A stretch of DNA of 64,000 nt, taken from the NCBI GenBank assembly GCA_964016885.1, contig OZ024744.1, forward strand, positions 95,046,001 to 95,110,000. Direction: 5' to 3'. The notes below the pieces were generated by a model. That model was not told the DNA's origin, searched no databases, and was given only the letters and a program-made list of their open reading frames with translations. Source of the DNA: Eledone cirrhosa (Eukaryota). Positions 56,298 through 64,000 of the stretch are shown piece after piece (position 1 is the stretch's first letter; every line of letters starts with the position of its first letter). Position numbers and translations under genes: made by a program.

Positions 56298-56487
56298 GGG
56301 TGGTGGATTGGCAGTATCGGTAGAGGGTCGGACGCCATGCTTTCCAGCATAGTTACGTCCCTTTACGATCTGAGTTCAAATCCCTCCGAGGTTGACTTTG
56401 CCTTTCATCCTTACGGGGTCGATAAAATAAAGTACCAGTAATGCACTGGGTAATTGCTGGCCTTGTGCCTAAAGTAGAAACAATTAT
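56298..56487 (+). mobile_element. Full-length SINE family 1 with target-site duplication
   Basis: Intact A and B boxes; flanked by the direct repeat attatttatccctaaaa. Confidence 0.9.
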
Positions 56488-56518
56488 TTATCCCTAAAAA
56501 CACTCATTCTCACTCGCA

Positions 56519-56584
<66 letters not shown>

Positions 56585-56842
56585 CGATTTCGCTCTTTCT
56601 TACACGCTGTCTCTTTCTCCATCTATCTATCTATCTATCTTACGACTGTATGTAAAATCCCCGGCATGTCTTTGTATTGTCCCCTTTTCTTGTGCGCCCT
56701 TGTGGCTAATAAAGAAATATATCTATCTTACATGTTCTCTCTTTCTTTCTAACTTGCTCTCTCTCTCTTTCTCTCTATCTATCTATCTAACACGTTCTCC
56801 CAAACTCTCTCTCTTTTACACTCTACCTTACACGTTCGCTTT

Positions 56843-57042
56843 NNNNNNNNNNNNNNNNNNNNNNNNNNNNNNNNNNNNNNNNNNNNNNNNNNNNNNNNNN
56901 NNNNNNNNNNNNNNNNNNNNNNNNNNNNNNNNNNNNNNNNNNNNNNNNNNNNNNNNNNNNNNNNNNNNNNNNNNNNNNNNNNNNNNNNNNNNNNNNNNNN
57001 NNNNNNNNNNNNNNNNNNNNNNNNNNNNNNNNNNNNNNNNNN
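56843..57042. other. Assembly gap (200 N)
   Basis: Run of n. Confidence 1.
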
Positions 57043-57427
57043 ACAACCCCCCCACACACACCTCTTCCTGAACATGCAACCCGTTCTTCCCCCAACCCTT
57101 ACTTTCACATACACGCACACACACGTACACCTACACACACACACCACCTTCAGCCCTCCCCGCTCGGACACCCCGTCTCCCTCTCCCCACTCCACCCGCC
57201 ACCACCCCTACACACCCCACACCCTTCCACCACCTGTTTTACCCCCTTTTTAATTTCAGTTTATTTTGATCATGCTTTTATATTTAATTTTATTTCATTC
57301 CTTGTATTTTGATCATGCTTTATTTTTATTTTTATTTTTCATTTCATTCGCACCGTTTCCTTCCGCTATATGTCTCTCCACCACTCCCCTACACACCCTT
57401 TGAACTCTGTTCCCACACACTTCTCAC

Positions 57428-57455
57428 CTGAGGAAGGGCTTATGCCCGAAACGTC
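57428..57455 (+). ncRNA. Minimal hammerhead-like core, family F
   Basis: CTGAGGA-A-GGGC-TTAT-GCCC-GAA-ACGT-C; stem I is weak. Confidence 0.6.
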
Positions 57456-57539
57456 GTTCCCCACCACCACCCCACTCTCCAGAGCGTGAAATTAATAAAC
57501 ATTCGTTGTACTGCCTCTTTGTTCCTGTTCAATTTTTCC

Positions 57540-57640
<101 letters not shown>

Positions 57641-58156
57641 TGTGTGTGTGTGTATGAATGTATGTATAAGTATTTCTGAAAAAAGCAAAGCAATAAAGAG
57701 TGGTTTATGTATAATACAGAGCTATTTAATTAGTTAGTTATAATTATATATAAAAATATTTAATAAACATTCCATGTTATTCTTTCTGACGACTGAAGAC
57801 ATATAAATATCTGACTTCAAGAAACCACTGGTAAATGAAATAATTATCTTATGTTGTTTCTTATATAACTAAATATATATATATTCGATTTTTTTTCTGT
57901 CTTTACTCGGACCTTTTTTCTGTTTCTCCTTTGTGATACTGTCCCTATTTTGTACTCCTGGAGAAGGGGTTAGGCCTGAAAACGCCCAACTTTCTTTTCT
58001 CTTTCCAATATAAAGCGTGAAACTAATAAGACTTTTTGGACCTCTGTTGTCTCCTTGAACCATATATATATATATATATATACCCACTTTACTACCCTAA
58101 ATATTGAGTACTCTGGTGTGTTATGGTCCATCTGGTTCCTTACCACAATTCCTTCG

Positions 58157-58207
<51 letters not shown>

Positions 58208-58580
58208 AATTATGTATGTAGGAATATCACCACCTACACCCCCAATATCATCGTCATCATCATCATCATCATCGTCATCATCATCATCATCATCATCATC
58301 ACCATCATGATCATCGTCATAATGATGATGATCATTACCATCATCATTATCATCACGATCACTAACACGACCCTCGTTTTACATCCAATTTCCCAGCTGG
58401 TATCGGTTGGGTGTGTTGCATGTTCCCAGACTATGGCAGGTCAGATGACCACGTCTTGCTCATTACGTTCCATTTGGGGGTTTGGCTTCTACAGCTCGAT
58501 TACCCTTTCTACTCTAACCACTTCACAGTATGTACAGCATGCATATTATGACACCAGCACTACCACATTACTGCGTGTGC

Positions 58581-61500
58581 TTGGTACGTTTTATTGTGAC
58601 ACTACCACCTTACAGAGTGTACTGGGTACATTGTATTGTGACATCAACACAACCATTTTACAGAGTGTACTGAGTATATTTTATTATGGTACCTTACAAA
58701 GTAGGCTGGGTACGTTTTATTGTGGCACCTTACAAAGTAGGCTTGGTACGTTTTATTGTGACACTACCACCTTACAGAGTGTACTGGGTACATTGTATTG
58801 TGACATCAACACAACCATTTTACAGAGTGTACTGAGTATATTTTATTATGGTACCTTACAAAGTAGGCTGGGTACGTTTTATTGTGGCACCTTACAAAGT
58901 AGGCTTGGTACGTTTTATTGTGACACTACCACCTTACAGAGTGTACTGGGTACATTGTATTGTGACATCAACACTACCATTTTACAGAGTGTACTGAGTA
59001 TATTTTATTATGGTACCTTACAAAGTAGGCTGGGTACGTTTTATTGTGGCACCTTACAAAGTAGGCTTGGTACGTTTTATTGTGACACTACCACCTTACA
59101 GAGTGTACTGGGTACATTGTATTGTGACATCAACACAACCATTTTACAGAGTGTACTGAGTATATTTTATTATGGTACCTTACAAAGTAGGCTGGGTACG
59201 TTTTATTGTGGCACCTTACAAAGTAGGCTTGGTACGTTTTATTGTGACACTACCACCTTACAGAGTGTACTGGGTACATTGTATTGTGACATCAACACAA
59301 CCATTTTACAGAGTGTACTGAGTATATTTTATTATGGTACCTTACAAAGTAGGCTGGGTACGTTTTATTGTGGCACCTTACAAAGTAGGCTTGGTACGTT
59401 TTATTGTGACACTACCACCTTACAGAGTGTACTGGGTACATTGTATTGTGACATCAACACTACCATTTTACAGAGCGTACTGGGTATATTGTATTATGGT
59501 ACCTTACAAAGTAGGCTGGGTACGTTTTATTGTGGCACCTTACAAAGTAGGCTTGGTACGTTTTATTGTGACACTACCACCTTACAGAGTGTACTGGGTA
59601 CATTGTATTGTGACATCGACACTACCATTTTACAGAGTGTACTGGGTATATTTTATTATGGTACCTTACAAAGTAGGCTGGGTACGTTTTATTGTGGCAC
59701 CTTACAAAGTAGGCTTGGTACGTTTTATTGTGACACTACCACCTTACAGAGTGTACTGGGTACATTGTATTGTGACATCAACACTACCATTTTACAGAGT
59801 GTACTGGGTATATTTTATTATGGTACCTTACAAAGTAGGCTGGGTACGTTTTATTGTGGCACCTTACAAAGTAGGCTTGGTACGTTTTATTGTGACACTA
59901 CCACCTTACAGAGTGTACTGGGTACATTGTATTGTGACATCAACACTACCATTTTACAGAGTGTACTGGGTATATTTTATTATGGTACCTTACAAAGTAG
60001 GCTGGGTACGTTTTATTGTGGCACCTTACAAAGTAGGCTTGGTACGTTTTATTGTGACACTACCACCTTACAGAGTGTACTGGGTACATTGTATTGTGAC
60101 ATCAACACTACCATTTTACAGAGTGTACTGGGTATATTGTATTATGGTACCTTACAAAGTAGGCTGGGTACGTTTTATTGTGGCACCTTACAAAGTAGGC
60201 TTGGTACGTTTTATTGTGACACTACCACCTTACAGAGTGTACTGGGTACATTGTATTGTGACATCAACACTACCATTTTACAGAGTGTACTGGGTATATT
60301 TTATTATGGTACCTTACAAAGTAGGCTGGGTACGTTTTATTGTGGCACCTTACAAAGTAGGCTTGGTACGTTTTATTGTGACACTACCACCTTACAGAGT
60401 GTACTGGGTACATTGTATTGTGACATCAACACTGCCATTTTACAGAGCGTACTGGGTATATTGTATTATGGTACCTTACAAAGTAGGCTGGGTACGTTTT
60501 ATTGTGGCACCTTACAAAGTAGGCTTGGTACGTTTTATTGTGACACTACCACCTTACAGAGTGTACTGGGTACATTGTATTGTGACATCAACACTACCAT
60601 TTTACAGAGTGTACTGGGTATATTTTATTATGGTACCTTACAAAGTAGGCTGGGTACGTTTTATTGTGGCACCTTACAAAGTAGGCTTGGTACGTTTTAT
60701 TGTGACACTACCACCTTACAGAGTGTACTGGGTACATTGTATTGTGACATCAACACTACCATTTTACAGAGCGTACTGGGTATATTGTATTATGGTACCT
60801 TACAAAGTAGGCTGGGTACGTTTTATTGTGGCACCTTACAAAGTAGGCTTGGTACGTTTTATTGTGACACTACCACCTTACAGAGTGTACTGGGTACATT
60901 GTATTGTGACATCAACACTACCATTTTACAGAGTGTACTGGGTATATTTTATTATGGTACCTTACAAAGTAGGCTGGATACGTTTTATTGTGGCACCAGC
61001 ACTACCACCTTACAGAGTAGGCTGGGTACATTTTATTGTGGCACCAGCACTACCACCTTACAGAGTAGGCTGGGTACATTTTATTGTGGCACCAGCACTA
61101 CCACCTTACAGAGTAGGCTGGGTACATTTTATTGTGGCACCAGCACTACCACCTTACAGAGTAGGCTGGGTACATTTTATTGTGGCACCAGCACTACCAC
61201 CTTACAGAGTAGGCTGGGTACATTTTATTGTGGCACCAGCACTACCACCTTACAGAGTAGGCTGGGTACATTTTAATGTGGTACCAGCACTACTACTTTA
61301 CAGAGTGGGCTGGGTACATATTATCATGACGACAACACTACCAATTTACAGAGTGCACTGGGTATATTTTATTGTGGCACCAGCACTACCACTTTACTAC
61401 GTGTACTGTGTACATTTTATTGTGGAACCAGCACTACCACCTTACAGAGTGTACTGGGTACATTTTAATGTGGTACCAGCACTACTACTTTACAGAGTGG

Positions 61501-61925
61501 GCTGGGTACATATTATCATGACGACAACACTACCAATTTACAGAGTGCACTGGGTATATTTTATTGTGGCACCAACACTACCACTTTATAGTGTGAGCTA
61601 GGTACATTTTATCATGGTAACAACGCTAACACTTTACAAAGTGTACCAAGTGTATTTTATTGTGGCACCAACACTACCGCTTTACAGAGTGTACTGTATA
61701 TATTTTATTGTGGTACCAATACTACCACTTTATAGTGTGTATTGGGTACATTTTATTGTGACACCACTACTACCACTTTATAGTGTGGGCTGGATACATT
61801 TTATTGTAGTAACAACACAACAACACTACCACTTTACAAAGTGTACCAAGTGTATTTTATTGTGGCACCAACACTACCGCTTTACAGAGTGTACTGGGTA
61901 CATTTTATTGTGACACCAGCACTAC
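58581..61925. repeat. 162-bp higher-order tandem repeat (about 15 copies) grading into 48-bp monomers
   Basis: The 162-bp unit is 42+48+36+36 bp of related subunits (58581-60980). About 6 near-perfect 48-mers follow to 61270, then degenerate ones. Confidence 0.95.
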
Positions 61926-62255
61926 GGAAATTGTTGTATCCTGAGTTGGGCAGAGAGGTAGTGTTGGAGGAAGTATGGGGGTGACGGAAATGTCTTTGTG
62001 TGTATGTGTGTGCGTATGCAAGTGGTGGTGGGGGTTATTGGCAGCTGAGAGTCATCACTTAAAGAGGAAAAAATAGAGGAGTGAGGACAGATGTTGGATA
62101 ATGGAAGTAGCCTTGAAAAGTGGGGATAAGGGGGGGGGGGGTGATGGCTAGTAGCTGAGAGCAGGGGTGGAGCGGGGGGAAAGGAGTAGATTCATAAGAT
62201 TGAAGGATATATGTAAGTAAATATGTGTGTGTGTATAAGTATATATGCACATGTA

Positions 62256-62315
<60 letters not shown>

Positions 62316-62318
62316 TAC

Positions 62319-62363
<45 letters not shown>

Positions 62364-62415
62364 TACCTATATGTATATATATATATATATATATACATAC
62401 ACACACACACATACC

Positions 62416-62449
<34 letters not shown>

Positions 62450-62453
62450 TACC

Positions 62454-62489
<36 letters not shown>

Positions 62490-62493
62490 TACC

Positions 62494-62525
<32 letters not shown>

Positions 62526-62529
62526 TACC

Positions 62530-62561
<32 letters not shown>

Positions 62562-62565
62562 TACC

Positions 62566-62603
<38 letters not shown>

Positions 62604-62607
62604 TACC

Positions 62608-62643
<36 letters not shown>

Positions 62644-62647
62644 TACC

Positions 62648-63205
<558 letters not shown>

Positions 63206-63239
63206 TTGTGTGTGTGTGTGAAAGGAATTGAGGAATTGA

Positions 63240-63505
63240 TCTGGTGCAACTTAGCCACACTAATGTGCAGAAGAAAGAGGCATGACAAGTTACTAAATGT
63301 AGAGAGTGCATAAAAAGAGGAGGAACTAGCCTCAGTGCACCCAACAGAGGGGCCAGTTATATGTATGGCTAATGAAGCTATTGAGGATATGCAGAATGAA
63401 AAAGCTGCTTGGCTATCTGGGATAATTTGCAGAGATGCTGAAAATATCTGAATTAGGAGTCAAATTGGTCATCCACATAGTCAACCTGGTAATACAATGG
63501 AGGTG
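63240..63505 (+). pseudogene. Highly decayed RTE LINE fragment
   Basis: Degenerate ..LLNVE....PTEGPV..AIEDM..KAA..SGI.AEMLK.., homologous to 37750-38000. Confidence 0.55.
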
Positions 63506-64000
63506 GTATATTTAACCCTTCAGTATTTAAACCAGCCGTATCTGACCAGAATTCTCTCACTTCTTTCTGTTCAAACTGGCCATACTGATGTTAAGGTATT
63601 GTTCTCAAAATAAATATCAAAATCTCATAGATTCGATATATTGTGTGAGGTAAAGCCTTTACCAGGAAAATATAATAGTATATGTAGAGTAATTGTTTCT
63701 ACTTTTGGCACAAGGCCAGCAATTACCCCAGTACATTACTGGTACTTTATTGTATCAACCCCGTAAGGATGAAAGGCAAAGTGAATAGATTAATGTAAAT
63801 GCTAAAGGTTTAAGCCAGCTGTATCCAGCCAGAATTCTCTCACTTCTTTCTGTTCAAACTGGCCATACTGATGTTAAGGTATTGTTCTCAAAATAAATAT
63901 CAAAATCTCATAGATTCGATATATTGTGTGAGGTAAAGCCTTTACCAGGAAAATATAATAGCATGTATAGAGTAATGTAAATCCTAAAGGGTTAAGTCAG

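Noticed and set aside
58055-61601. 1073-aa and 755-aa ORFs
   Set aside because: They start in (TA)n/(CAT)n or inside the array and consist of a 162-bp satellite that happens to lack stops. There is no domain or splice evidence.

Overview
This is AT-rich, repeat-saturated animal DNA. The SINE, RTE-LINE and microsatellite content suggests an octopus or related cephalopod (inference). The only host coding sequence I can support is one 98-nt minus-strand exon (1145-1242) of an FCHSD2/nervous wreck (F-BAR, double SH3) gene, so most of the window is probably a very large first intron or upstream DNA. The rest is retroelement debris (RTE, R4/Dong, RTEX/Ingi-like, Penelope-like), two tRNA-derived SINE families, TTAA- and TA-type MITEs, a Helitron-like element, several tandem arrays and a 200-N gap. 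The most striking pattern is about 15 short elements from at least 6-7 sequence families, embedded in (TA)n tracts. Most have a long fold-back (palindromic) end and a type I hammerhead-ribozyme fold with a self-complementary stem/loop III. Five families also share a downstream ACTC...GAGT hairpin. A decayed Penelope-like (Naiad-type) GIY-YIG endonuclease tail at 40.8-41.0 kb is attached to a similar UTR and is a candidate mobiliser. Apart from the retroelement remnants, the long ORFs in the track (including 1073 aa) are simple-repeat or satellite artefacts.
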